Virus record (IMG/VR): IMGVR_UViG_3300005337_000001
Location: 131,581 to 195,580 of that record
From: a virus
Strand: one strand, 5' to 3'
DNA: 64,000 bases
Shown here: piece after piece, positions 8,728-18,007 of the stretch
Position numbering within the stretch: the stretch's first letter is position 1
Layout of the letters: each line of letters starts with the position of its first letter
Translations under genes and position numbers: made by a program
The notes under the pieces: model-generated
The model's database searches: none
Seen by the model: only the letters and a program-made list of their open reading frames with translations
What the model was told of the DNA's origin: nothing

Positions 8728-11700
8728 CAGTACTTGTGACCTGCCACGTCGTGTAGGTGCTGAAGAGACGGGCGACCTTTGATCGTGTCCTTGTTGAGAC
8801 CGAACTCAGCGCCGTACGCCATACCTGGCACAGGATGCAGGCCGTGGATGTTGGAGCGACCCATCGTGGAAGCGGCTTCGAGGATCGTCTGGCCAAGTCG
8901 CTGATGCTGCAGCTTCGCCATCCAATCTTCTTGCAGCGACAATGGCATCATGTCGACACCCTTGAGCACCGGCTTGTGCTCGATGGGACGCAACCCCTTG
9001 CTCACGAGATCCCGGTTGATAGCGTGAATCTTCGACGTGGGATGAAATTCCCCACGCAGCACGCCTTCATAGTCACCCGGTTCATCGATTTTGGTGAGGT
9101 TGCTCATCGCCTTCACCACAGTCTCTACGTGCTGGCGCTTGATGCCTTCATCTTTGTACAGGCCGTAGACTTCATCCGCCAGGTAATTCTGCACGGACTC
9201 GATGCTATTGGTCGCCTTGTACAGGTCGTGCGGATTCACGAGCGTACGCAACGGGTCGCTCAAGAGCTGCCCGCGCTCCACTTTCATGCCCTGCTTGGGC
9301 GGCACCCAAGAGCTGAGCTCGCCCTTCTCTGTGCTCCAAAGCGGCGCGCCGCCCTCATCCTTGCCGACGTGGTGCTTCTTGCCACCGATGGTGATGGTCA
9401 CGCCCGTCGGGTTCTTTTCAACCTTCTCGATCACGCCCGAGCGCATGGCCAGGGTAGCGGAGTCCGGGATGGTCTTCGGCAGCGTCATGAGCTGGTTGAA
9501 GCGGTCGAAGCCGCCCAGCACCTTGGAGCCGCCGCTGGTGTCCACGGTACCGCCGGTGTGGAAGACGCGCAGCGTGAGCTGCACCGCTCGCTCGCCAAGA
9601 CTTTGAGCCGACGTGACACCCAGGTTCTCGCCGATTTGGTGGACGTGGCCATCCGCTGCCAAGCCGGCGCATTTCTGACAGATGCCCTTGGCGTGCTCGC
9701 ACTTGAGCGGTGAGCGCACCAGTACCTGCGCGTTCTTGTCCGCTGCGCGCATCTTCGAGACGATGCTCGGCGTGAGCATCGTGCCTGCCGGCACGCTCAT
9801 CCCCTTGGCACTGAAGTCCTTCTGCAGAATGCGGTCGTGGACGTCGCGGTCCGTAATGGGCATCGCGATGCCGCGGGTCGTACCGCAGTCGTCGCCGGTC
9901 ACCACGAGATCCATCGTGTTGGCCATCAGCAACTTCGACAGGTAGCCAGGGTCGCGTACCTGCTGCACCTTGAGCACAGAGCCTCGGCGCGCGCCGTGCA
10001 TCTGGGTCCAGTACTCGCCGGTGTCGAGGCCTTCTGCGTAGCTCTTGGTGATGGGCGTGGGGATGACGCGGCCGGCCGCGTCCTCGACAAGCATCGGCGC
10101 CAAGGTCATCTGCTTGTACTGACCCCAGCCTGGCTTCACGCCGGCGAGATGCATCGTCATCAGGTTGTTCGGGTCTTCGGTGTGCGTCTTGAGATGCTCG
10201 GTCTTCATCTGACGGTCGGCTTCCGACCAGATGCGTACAAGCTCACGGTCTTCCGAGGCGCCCGTGAGGTGCGGGTTCTTCTTCACCGCAGCAGCGTCGC
10301 GGCGAGCACCAGTCAGCACGCGCTCGCGCGTCTTGATGTCGGGCGTGAAATCGGAAAGCCCCAACGTGTGCACGCCGATGGGCACGTGAATATGCTGGCC
10401 AGGGTCGAGACGGTTGGCGCCGGCGAATTGGCTGTGCTCCACCGTGACCACACCACTCGCTGCGCCGTTGCCGATGTCCTTGAGCTTGTCGGCCACGCTG
10501 CCGTAGTCGCCGGTGTGATCGCTGGCTACCGTGGTGAGCAGCTTGTCGAGGCCCTTCTTATCGAGGTGGAAGTCCAAGTCCTCGAGCATCTTCTTCTGCA
10601 TCGACTGCGGCAGCGCTGCGGCGATGAGGATGCGGCCGGTGGTCGTGACCTGCCCGTCGATGTTCACCTTGTCGTTGATATGAAGCTTCCCCTTCTGAAC
10701 CGCCGTAATGGCGTCGGCGGGGTGCTTCATGGCAACAGCCTTCTTGTCGTTCGAGCGCGTGAGCTTGTAGAGCCCGAGCGCCGACTCAAGAGTCGGCTGG
10801 TACATCACCCGGCCCGACGCCTCGCTGAAGAGATTGTTCGAGGGGAACATCTTGCGAGCTTCATGAACCGCCTCATCCGAGATGGGCACGAACACGCTCA
10901 TGGTATCGCCGTCGAAGTCGGCGTTGTAGCCGCCGGTGACGAGCGGGTGAATCTTGATGGCGCTGCCCTCGACCACCTTCGGCTTGAAGGCCTGCACGCT
11001 GTACTTGTGCAGCGACGGATCGCGCTTGAGCATGACGGGGCGCTCTTCCATGACGCGCTGTAGCGCACGCTGAGCCTGCAGCCCGCCCTTCGCCACCATC
11101 TTTTGAGCCTCGGCCACGTTCTCCGCAACGCCGCTCTTCTTGAGCTGGTTCACGACGAACGGGGCGAAGAGCTTCATCGCGTGCTCTTTGGGCAAGCCCA
11201 CCTCATCCAAGCTGAGTGAGGGCTCAGGCACGATGGTCGACCGCATACTCATGTCCTGCTTGCGGCTGATGAGCGTACTCTGAAAGTAGCCGGTCTTCGG
11301 CGTGGCGCCACTGATCTGATGGAGCAATCCCTTGTGCGCTGCGTCCTTGTACGGAACGCCGACGCCCATGATGGCCTTCACGCCGTCGTACAAGTTCTTG
11401 CGCAGGTCCGACTTGTTCAGGTCGGTGAGGTTAGTCATCAGCGTCGGATCGCGCATCTGGTCGTTGTTCTGCGCGAACTGTGAGTAGAGCTGGTTGATGT
11501 CGGCAAAGTTGAAGTTGCCGTCTTGCATCACCGTCACGGGGCGCAGCGCCGGCGGCAGCACCGGGATGCTGTGCAGCACGTAGGCCTCGTCTGGCTTCAT
11601 GTGACTCTCTTGCAAAGCCTGCAAGCGCTTCACCTTCTTCAACACCTTGTCGACCTTGGACGACGCCGTGGTCGAAAGCTCCTTGCGCGCCGCCGACAGC

Positions 11701-14700
11701 TCGCGGTCCACGTCGATGTGCGAGAGCAGCTGCTTCACCGCCGCACCGCCGGTCACACCCTTGCCAAGCTCCACGATCTTACCGTGCTTGTCGACGGCGT
11801 GCGTACCGTTCACTAGGCCGGTGTAGTCGTTGTCGGTGAGCCCCGTCAGCATGCGAATGCTGTCCTCGAACACAGGGTTCGGGATGGGCTCGGCCAGCTC
11901 GATGCGGCTCCACTTGCGACCGCCATGGCCACCCGTGAGCTTCTCGTCGAAGAGCCCGCCAGGCTTGGGGCGCGGGTCGCCCGTCTTCGGATCGACCTTG
12001 GCGTAGAGGAGCTCGGCAGGCTTGGGCAGCACACGATCGCCGGTCAGGTCCTTGATGTGCTTGTCGGTGAGCGGGGAGAGGATGAACTCGTGCCCCTTCT
12101 TCTCCATGTTGATGCCCATGCCCTGCAGCATGTCGGTGAACTTCTTGAAGGCGAACGTCGGCTTCGGCGTCGGCAACGGATCGCCGTGCTGAATCGCGTC
12201 CCACACATCGTGGTGCTGGCTTTGCCACTGCTTCTGCGGGCTCACGCTCGGGTCCGGGCCCTCGCTCTTCCACGTCTGCATCTCGCGGATGTTGGCGCGC
12301 GCGCCGTGCGCCAGTAGGGCGTAAAGTCCCAAGGGGTCCATGGACTGACCACCGGCGTGGCCGCCGCCCGAGGGCTGCAAGTTGATGTCGTACTTCTCGA
12401 CGTCGCCGCCAGGCAGGTTCAAGCCCGACCGCACCGACACCTTCTTGTCGACCTGGTGGTGCAGCTTGATCATGTGCTGGAAGCCGACCAAGGCGTCGCC
12501 GAGCTTCTGCTTGTTCGACGGGTCGTACAGCGACTCCACGTCACTAATGCCGTGCTTCTTCAACTCGGACTGCACGTTGGCGAGCTGGTTCTCACCGTCG
12601 AAGTTCTGCACGAGGTACGGCTTGCCGGTCTTCTTAGCAATCTTGCTGGCCGCCGTCTCTAACACCTGGCCGATGTTCATGCGGCCCGGAACGCCAGACG
12701 GATTGAGCGCCACCTCGATGTGCTTGCCATCCGGCGTGTGCGGCATCTCGTGGTCCGGCACGATCTTGGTGACGATGCCTTTGTTGCCGTAACGGCCAGC
12801 GAGTTTGTCGCCCACCTGCATCGGCTCGATGGCTTTCACGTGCACAACGACTTCACCATCGCGCTTGAACGCACCTACCACCTCGCCTGCGCCCTCGCCC
12901 TCCCACGTGAGAGAACGGTCGGCGTACTGCTCACCCAAGCTCTTGCGAATAGCCGACAGTCCCACACGATCTTGGACGTTCGACTTCTTCATCGACAGCA
13001 CAAGAGGGTCACCAGGCACGACGCGGGTGCCTTTCTTGATGAGCCCATCATCGCCGATGTTCTCCAGCTGGTTCCGCAAGTACAAGCCAGGGTGCTGCGC
13101 CAGGTAGCGCTTCTTGGCCAGGATGGTCTCGTCGTCGACCGGGAGATTGTGCTTGTAGAGATGAACGCTCGACAGCTTGTCGGCGGCGCTCTGGCTGATG
13201 ACGATGCCGTCTTCGAAGTTGTAGCCCTTATAGGGGATGTAACCGACACGCAGGTTGGTGCCGAGAGCGATAGCACCGTTCTTCGAAAAGTTCGTGTCGG
13301 CAATGGTCTGACCGGACTTCACCTTGTCGCCGACACTGACGAGCGCCGTAGAGTCGAGCACGGACTTGGCATCGTTGAGTGGGTAGTTCCTGTAGATCTG
13401 CACCTCGTGGTTCCTGCCGTCCTTGCCGGCAATCACGATGGCGTCGTTCTTCACCGCATGGACCACACCGTCCACTGGTGATTGGTGCGAGGCCTGCGTG
13501 CCGATAATTTCCTCAAACGTCTGACGCCCTTCTCTGCCGACACCGGTGCCGACCTGCACCAGCGGCGCCTCACGGTGCACGAGCGAGATGGCCTGCTCCA
13601 TGTGCCGGGTGGCCATGGAGGCGCGCCCGCCGGAGGTGTTGTTGATGAACGGGATGAGGTTCGACGTGATATTGAAGAACTGCGAGGGGTGCCTCATCAC
13701 GTAGTCGGCGTCCTTGATGTGGCCCTCGCCGATGTCGTTGCCGGCGTTCGACCACTTCACCACGCCACTCTTCGCCGTGGGCTTGTCCTTCTCCCAGGTG
13801 ACCTGGTCGGGAAGTACAACCTTCGACTGCAAGAACTTGGTCGGCCCCACGTACTCCATCTTGTTCGTGTGCAGGTTGAAGAGCGGCACCTGCGGCTCAT
13901 TGCCGTGCTTGCGCACGCCGAGCGGCATGCGTAACGTCACGCCCGTCTTCGAACCCTCAGGCGTGTGGATAGGGTCGAGGAACGCCATGTGCGACGGGTT
14001 GACGAACTTCACCTCATCGAGAATCTGCTGCTCGCTCTGAATGCCGCCAGGGCCCATCACCGTCGTCTGTTGCGCGGTCGACACCATCTCGACAGGGTTC
14101 ACCTGCTTGGCTACCTGCGCCGCGCTGTTCTTGTGGAACGTCTCGCGGATGGGCTTGTCGAACACCTCGAAGCGCAGCGCGTCGCGCGGGTTTTCAGCCG
14201 TGTTGATCTTGCGCTGCATCTTGGCGCGGATGGACGAGCTCGCCGCCATGATCTTGTCGTGCGCGAAGTCACCCACGCTGCGCAGGTCCTTGAAGACCAG
14301 TGAGTCGCGGTCGTCAGGCTCGGCGCCATTCTGCACCGCCAGCATCTTCTTCGTGGCGCGCGTGAGCGCGTCGCCGTTCACGTGATCGAACGCCTTGCCA
14401 AGCGTGATCTGCGTAGCCTCCGGGCGCATGTCCGTGTTCTTGAACACCTGCACCATATGCTTGGCAGCGTCCGCTTCATTGGGTGGCGGCATACGCTTCG
14501 TCGTGCGGTAGAACTGGTCAACCGTGCTGCCAGCCTTGCGAGCTACCTGGTTGGCTTTGAGGATGTCCTTGCCCCAAGTCTTCTCGAGCTCGCTATCGGA
14601 AACGCCGAGCGTCTGCAGGATCGGGTAGAGCGGCAACTTGGCCTTGCCGTACTCGACACGGAACTCCTTAGACTCATCGTCGAACGTGACGTCGAACGAC

Positions 14701-15116
14701 GGCGCTTGCGAGCTCTGGAAGCGCGTCTCCAGCTGACCAGTCTTGCGGCGGCGCACGTACGCACCAGGCTTGAGCTGCCATTGGTTGTCGACCTGGTATT
14801 CCTGGCCGCCAACAATCTGGCTGTGGCGCCGCGTGATCTTCGGGAGCTCGGCGATGCGCGTCTTCGCACGCACTTCCCTGCCCGTCAGCTTATCGCGAAG
14901 CACCAGATGAGCCACGACCGGCACGCCCCACGTCTCACCGCTCACCTTGGCTTGGTGCTGACCTCGCAAGTCGTCTGGGCTCTTGTCGTCATGAACTTCC
15001 AGCTTCTCGAGCTCGAGCATCTGCGTGCGCCCGTCGATCGGAAACTGCTTCTTGATGCCCTCCAGCGTCCGGTCGCGGAAGTTGTCGAAGGCTTCGTTGG
15101 GGTCCAGGTACGCCAT
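8727..15116 (-). CDS. rpoBC: single-chain DNA-directed RNA polymerase, fused beta + beta-prime
   Basis: beta motifs PIHTPEG, GYNFED, GDKLAGRYGNKG, LNPSGVPGRMNIGQ, KLHHQVD; beta-prime motifs PVLPPALRP, KRDPSLH, NADFDGD (10905-10925), bridge helix HGARRG..GYL, Zn site DCGT..RSPLKC..GICQKC, trigger loop QLTLRVFHTGG; one uninterrupted frame. Confidence 0.97.
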   Translation of the reverse strand: MAYLDPNEAFDNFRDRTLEGIKKQFPIDGRTQMLELEKLEVHDDKSPDDLRGQHQAKVSGETWGVPVVAHLVLRDKLTGREVRAKTRIAELPKITRRHSQIVGGQEYQVDNQWQLKPGAYVRRRKTGQLETRFQSSQAPSFDVTFDDESKEFRVEYGKAKLPLYPILQTLGVSDSELEKTWGKDILKANQVARKAGSTVDQFYRTTKRMPPPNEADAAKHMVQVFKNTDMRPEATQITLGKAFDHVNGDALTRATKKMLAVQNGAEPDDRDSLVFKDLRSVGDFAHDKIMAASSSIRAKMQRKINTAENPRDALRFEVFDKPIRETFHKNSAAQVAKQVNPVEMVSTAQQTTVMGPGGIQSEQQILDEVKFVNPSHMAFLDPIHTPEGSKTGVTLRMPLGVRKHGNEPQVPLFNLHTNKMEYVGPTKFLQSKVVLPDQVTWEKDKPTAKSGVVKWSNAGNDIGEGHIKDADYVMRHPSQFFNITSNLIPFINNTSGGRASMATRHMEQAISLVHREAPLVQVGTGVGREGRQTFEEIIGTQASHQSPVDGVVHAVKNDAIVIAGKDGRNHEVQIYRNYPLNDAKSVLDSTALVSVGDKVKSGQTIADTNFSKNGAIALGTNLRVGYIPYKGYNFEDGIVISQSAADKLSSVHLYKHNLPVDDETILAKKRYLAQHPGLYLRNQLENIGDDGLIKKGTRVVPGDPLVLSMKKSNVQDRVGLSAIRKSLGEQYADRSLTWEGEGAGEVVGAFKRDGEVVVHVKAIEPMQVGDKLAGRYGNKGIVTKIVPDHEMPHTPDGKHIEVALNPSGVPGRMNIGQVLETAASKIAKKTGKPYLVQNFDGENQLANVQSELKKHGISDVESLYDPSNKQKLGDALVGFQHMIKLHHQVDKKVSVRSGLNLPGGDVEKYDINLQPSGGGHAGGQSMDPLGLYALLAHGARANIREMQTWKSEGPDPSVSPQKQWQSQHHDVWDAIQHGDPLPTPKPTFAFKKFTDMLQGMGINMEKKGHEFILSPLTDKHIKDLTGDRVLPKPAELLYAKVDPKTGDPRPKPGGLFDEKLTGGHGGRKWSRIELAEPIPNPVFEDSIRMLTGLTDNDYTGLVNGTHAVDKHGKIVELGKGVTGGAAVKQLLSHIDVDRELSAARKELSTTASSKVDKVLKKVKRLQALQESHMKPDEAYVLHSIPVLPPALRPVTVMQDGNFNFADINQLYSQFAQNNDQMRDPTLMTNLTDLNKSDLRKNLYDGVKAIMGVGVPYKDAAHKGLLHQISGATPKTGYFQSTLISRKQDMSMRSTIVPEPSLSLDEVGLPKEHAMKLFAPFVVNQLKKSGVAENVAEAQKMVAKGGLQAQRALQRVMEERPVMLKRDPSLHKYSVQAFKPKVVEGSAIKIHPLVTGGYNADFDGDTMSVFVPISDEAVHEARKMFPSNNLFSEASGRVMYQPTLESALGLYKLTRSNDKKAVAMKHPADAITAVQKGKLHINDKVNIDGQVTTTGRILIAAALPQSMQKKMLEDLDFHLDKKGLDKLLTTVASDHTGDYGSVADKLKDIGNGAASGVVTVEHSQFAGANRLDPGQHIHVPIGVHTLGLSDFTPDIKTRERVLTGARRDAAAVKKNPHLTGASEDRELVRIWSEADRQMKTEHLKTHTEDPNNLMTMHLAGVKPGWGQYKQMTLAPMLVEDAAGRVIPTPITKSYAEGLDTGEYWTQMHGARRGSVLKVQQVRDPGYLSKLLMANTMDLVVTGDDCGTTRGIAMPITDRDVHDRILQKDFSAKGMSVPAGTMLTPSIVSKMRAADKNAQVLVRSPLKCEHAKGICQKCAGLAADGHVHQIGENLGVTSAQSLGERAVQLTLRVFHTGGTVDTSGGSKVLGGFDRFNQLMTLPKTIPDSATLAMRSGVIEKVEKNPTGVTITIGGKKHHVGKDEGGAPLWSTEKGELSSWVPPKQGMKVERGQLLSDPLRTLVNPHDLYKATNSIESVQNYLADEVYGLYKDEGIKRQHVETVVKAMSNLTKIDEPGDYEGVLRGEFHPTSKIHAINRDLVSKGLRPIEHKPVLKGVDMMPLSLQEDWMAKLQHQRLGQTILEAASTMGRSNIHGLHPVPGMAYGAEFGLNKDTIKGRPSLQHLHDVAGHKY

Positions 15117-15127
15117 GCTCAGCCCAA

Positions 15128-15133
15128 AGTATA
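15128..15133 (-). promoter_or_regulatory. -10-like TATACT upstream of the RNAP gene
   Basis: TATACT 11 nt before the ATG; adjacent 8-bp inverted repeat at 15144-15167. Confidence 0.45.
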
Positions 15134-15217
15134 CCCAGTACCCGCAGAGAATGGCTCGCTTCTCTGCAAGGCCCGCAACTACCCCGAGATAAGAGAGCTG
15201 TATGAAGGGAGCTCTGC

Positions 15218-15367
15218 ATGAGTGCTACCGACCCTAGGGCGAAGGACAAGCAGGAAAACAAACGCCCGGCGAGCACAGGCAAAGTCTATGAGCAGTTGGT
15301 CGAAGACCTGTTCATGGGCGACTCGACCGAGGAGGACGAGGAAGAAGAAACCAACGATACGGAATAA
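15218..15367 (+). CDS. small acidic protein (49 aa)
   Basis: GAAGGGAG RBS; MSATDPRAKDKQENKRPASTGKVYEQLVEDLFMGDSTEEDEEEETNDTE; below the ORF-track cutoff. Confidence 0.65.
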   Translation: MSATDPRAKDKQENKRPASTGKVYEQLVEDLFMGDSTEEDEEEETNDTE

Positions 15368-15375
15368 GTACTGAA

Positions 15376-15477
15376 GTGACAGCTCTCATCATCTGGGCCT
15401 TCGTGGCCGGTTTGCTGAACGGTTTGTTGATGGCAATCCAGGATTTCATTCTGGAGCAAGAAAGGAGGCAAGCGTGA
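15376..15477 (+). CDS. small membrane peptide (33 aa)
   Basis: GTG start; TALIIWAFVAGLLNGLLMAI hydrophobic segment; GTGA overlap with the next gene. Confidence 0.45.
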   Translation: MTALIIWAFVAGLLNGLLMAIQDFILEQERRQA

Positions 15478-16088
15478 TCGTCAACCCCTACACGCCAGAG
15501 GGACAGGCACTCCTGGCGCCCATACCGGGGACGCATATCGTCGAAGATTCGCTTGGACTCGTAGGCTCTACATTCAACGACCCGACTAACTTGGTCCGTC
15601 GATGGACCATCCGAGCGCTCTACACGCCGGTGCGAGGGCGCTCTCTTGGTGGGCTGCGCGCCAAGCTGGAGGACCAGAAGGGCTTCATCACTTTCTGCAA
15701 CCAACGAGACCTAGAAGTGCTGCTGGACATAGCCAGCCCCGGCGGCTACTGCGCCTGGCTCGACGACGAGTACGTTGAGCCAGGCGAGCGCGGGTGGTAC
15801 GGGCTGTGCGTTGATGAGCTGGACCTGCTGGACGACTTGTACGACCGTGAGCTGGAGGCACGGGCCCAATACCCGAACGACGTTGTGCTGCCTCAAGGAT
15901 TGAGCTTCGAGCGCCGCGTACACAACGGCGTGCGCAACGACTTCATCGAGCTCATGTCGTTGCTGTGGGACATCGATCCGGATACCGGCATGGGGCCGGA
16001 CACCAGGATGGTTACTGTCGATCGGCGTTGGACAAGCGTCGAGCGCACCGCCGGATCAGAAAGGCCGAAGCTTTGGCTGCGAGTCTGA
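15474..16088 (+). CDS. hypothetical protein
   Basis: AAGGAGG RBS, GTG start, 204 aa. Confidence 0.7.
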   Translation: MIVNPYTPEGQALLAPIPGTHIVEDSLGLVGSTFNDPTNLVRRWTIRALYTPVRGRSLGGLRAKLEDQKGFITFCNQRDLEVLLDIASPGGYCAWLDDEYVEPGERGWYGLCVDELDLLDDLYDRELEARAQYPNDVVLPQGLSFERRVHNGVRNDFIELMSLLWDIDPDTGMGPDTRMVTVDRRWTSVERTAGSERPKLWLRV

Positions 16089-16681
16089 TCGAGGAAGAGG
16101 AAGTTGAAGAGGAAGAAGAGTCCGAGCTCATGGCATCCGGGTGCGGCTGCGCAATCTGCGCGAACGACATCAAGCTCACCGACGAAGTCTTCCTACTCAG
16201 AATCGTGCACCCGTTCATCGTCGACGGGACGCTGACTTATTACGACATCGTGGAAGCCAACGGGGACTACAAGTACCCGCCGGCGTTCTTCGACTTCGAA
16301 TGCTGGGAGGACGAAGAAGAAGAAATCCGAACCATTCAGGAGGACGTGCCGCCAGTACAGCACTACAACGGCATCATCCTCTGCGACATCTGCGAGAGCG
16401 ACATTTGCCAAGGTGAAGCGATGGGGCTCGCGCAGTTTGGTGAAATTCGACTGTCGGAGCGGTCGCCTAACAACATACTGTCGGCGTCTTTCGTCGGCAT
16501 GGCAGAGCCGCAGCACCTCTGCATCGCGTGCCTCACGCACATGGAAGAGAACCAACAGGACCCAATCTGGCCTGGAGAGATAGAACCAGTACCGAACCAC
16601 GAGGTGTGCGTCGAAGGACTCTTCGAACGCTGCTGGCGTGAAGGGCAGTGCTACTGCCCAAAACGAATCTGTGAGAGCTGA
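15965..16681 (+). CDS. Cys-rich multi-Zn-finger protein with an acidic linker
   Basis: CxCxxC, CxxC, CxxC and CxC clusters; start uncertain (15965, a TTG near 16028, or 16129). Confidence 0.65.
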   Translation: MGHRSGYRHGAGHQDGYCRSALDKRRAHRRIRKAEALAASLIEEEEVEEEEESELMASGCGCAICANDIKLTDEVFLLRIVHPFIVDGTLTYYDIVEANGDYKYPPAFFDFECWEDEEEEIRTIQEDVPPVQHYNGIILCDICESDICQGEAMGLAQFGEIRLSERSPNNILSASFVGMAEPQHLCIACLTHMEENQQDPIWPGEIEPVPNHEVCVEGLFERCWREGQCYCPKRICES

Positions 16682-16705
16682 CCCAAGAAGAGGAAGAGAA
16701 GTTAC

Positions 16706-18007
16706 ATGGCAAGTAAGAAGACCACCGCTGCAGCAACCAGTACCGCCGTCGACCCGAACGATTCCGACGCAGCAAAAACCGTCGCTCAGTCCCTGACCGC
16801 AAACGAAGTCAACGAAGTCGTAGAGGTATGCCTGGCCACGCCCATGGAAGGCTACCCGTCGAAGAAGAACGATGACTGCCTGTGGGGTCTGCCGCTGTGC
16901 GTCGAAGGCGAACCTGGTATCGCCAAGACGGCTCGCATGAAACAGCTGGGCCGCGTGCTGTCGATCAAGGTGAGGTCTCTTTTCGCGGCGCAGCACCCAC
17001 CGGAGGACTTCTCCGGCGCGCTCATCCCCGACGGTAAGGGCGACGCCACTCAAATCTGCCCGCTCTCGCAAGTGCGGGAGCTCATCAAAGAGAAGCGAGG
17101 CCTCATCCACCTCGACGAGCTCAACGGAGCGCCGCCTGCCACACAGGGTGCGCTGCAGAGCTTCATCCACGAACGCGTCGCCGGCGACCAGCCTATCCCG
17201 GGAAAGATCCGCATCGTCGCGTCGCAGAACCCAGCAGAGATTGCGACGGGCGGCTTCGCACTGTCAGCGCCGCTCGCCAACCGCTTCGTGCATCTAGTCG
17301 ATCCAGGACCAACCGCACGCGACTGGATCTCCTGGCTCATGGGCAACACCACATCGCGGCTCAACGCCTCGATGGAACAAATCGAAGACCAAATATGCGA
17401 CGACTGGCCGCAGCTCTTTCCGGAGAGCCAGGCGCTGTTCGCTGGTTTCATGGAGGCCAACGGTGAGGAGCTGCTCCACAAACGACCTGACAGCGGCGAC
17501 CCAGCGGCGAGCAAAGCGTGGCCGTCGCACCGCACGTGGGACTATGCCATCCGAGCTTGGACTACAGCACGCATCCTCGAGAAGAACGACAGTATCCGCG
17601 ACGCCATCATCGAATGTTGCGTAGGGCCAGGCGCCGCTGCAGTCTTCCTCGAGTACATGAACGAGCACGACATCCCCAAGCCCATGGAGGTGCTCAAAGG
17701 CACGTGGAAGCCAGACCAGAACCGCATCGACATCGTGATGGCAGCCTACGTCGGCGCCATCGCGTACGTGAGGCAGCGTCCGACGATGAAAGACAAGATG
17801 GAGCTTGGCGTCCTGGCTTGGGGGAGCATGAAGCAGCTCTTCCCACTCGGACTCGCCGACATCGCAGTGCCAGCCTCAGAAGGCCTGGTGCTAGAGAAGC
17901 TGGGGCGCGCGTCGGGTGACCCAGACCTGAAGAAAGCTGCCAGCGAAATCCTGACCCTGCTGGCCAGGAGCGGTGTGCAGTCATACGTCGAGGAGCGCGA
18001 CACGTGA
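16706..18007 (+). CDS. MoxR-like AAA+ ATPase
   Basis: Walker A GEPGIAKT, Walker B IHLDELN, ASQNP sensor, APLANRF arginine finger, PSHRTW. Confidence 0.88.
   Translation: MASKKTTAAATSTAVDPNDSDAAKTVAQSLTANEVNEVVEVCLATPMEGYPSKKNDDCLWGLPLCVEGEPGIAKTARMKQLGRVLSIKVRSLFAAQHPPEDFSGALIPDGKGDATQICPLSQVRELIKEKRGLIHLDELNGAPPATQGALQSFIHERVAGDQPIPGKIRIVASQNPAEIATGGFALSAPLANRFVHLVDPGPTARDWISWLMGNTTSRLNASMEQIEDQICDDWPQLFPESQALFAGFMEANGEELLHKRPDSGDPAASKAWPSHRTWDYAIRAWTTARILEKNDSIRDAIIECCVGPGAAAVFLEYMNEHDIPKPMEVLKGTWKPDQNRIDIVMAAYVGAIAYVRQRPTMKDKMELGVLAWGSMKQLFPLGLADIAVPASEGLVLEKLGRASGDPDLKKAASEILTLLARSGVQSYVEERDT

Noticed and set aside
8757-14985. Long plus-strand ORFs antisense to RNAP, and similar ones opposite terL, portal, polymerase and recA
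   Set aside because: Typical shadow ORFs of GC-rich coding DNA; no motifs or RBS, and biased Arg/Val/Ala composition.
8727-15116. Host chromosomal rpoBC locus or chimeric assembly
   Set aside because: No rpl/rps/nusG/tuf neighbours; the gene overlaps a phage spike gene; it is divergent and lacks the beta-prime N-terminal Zn domain.
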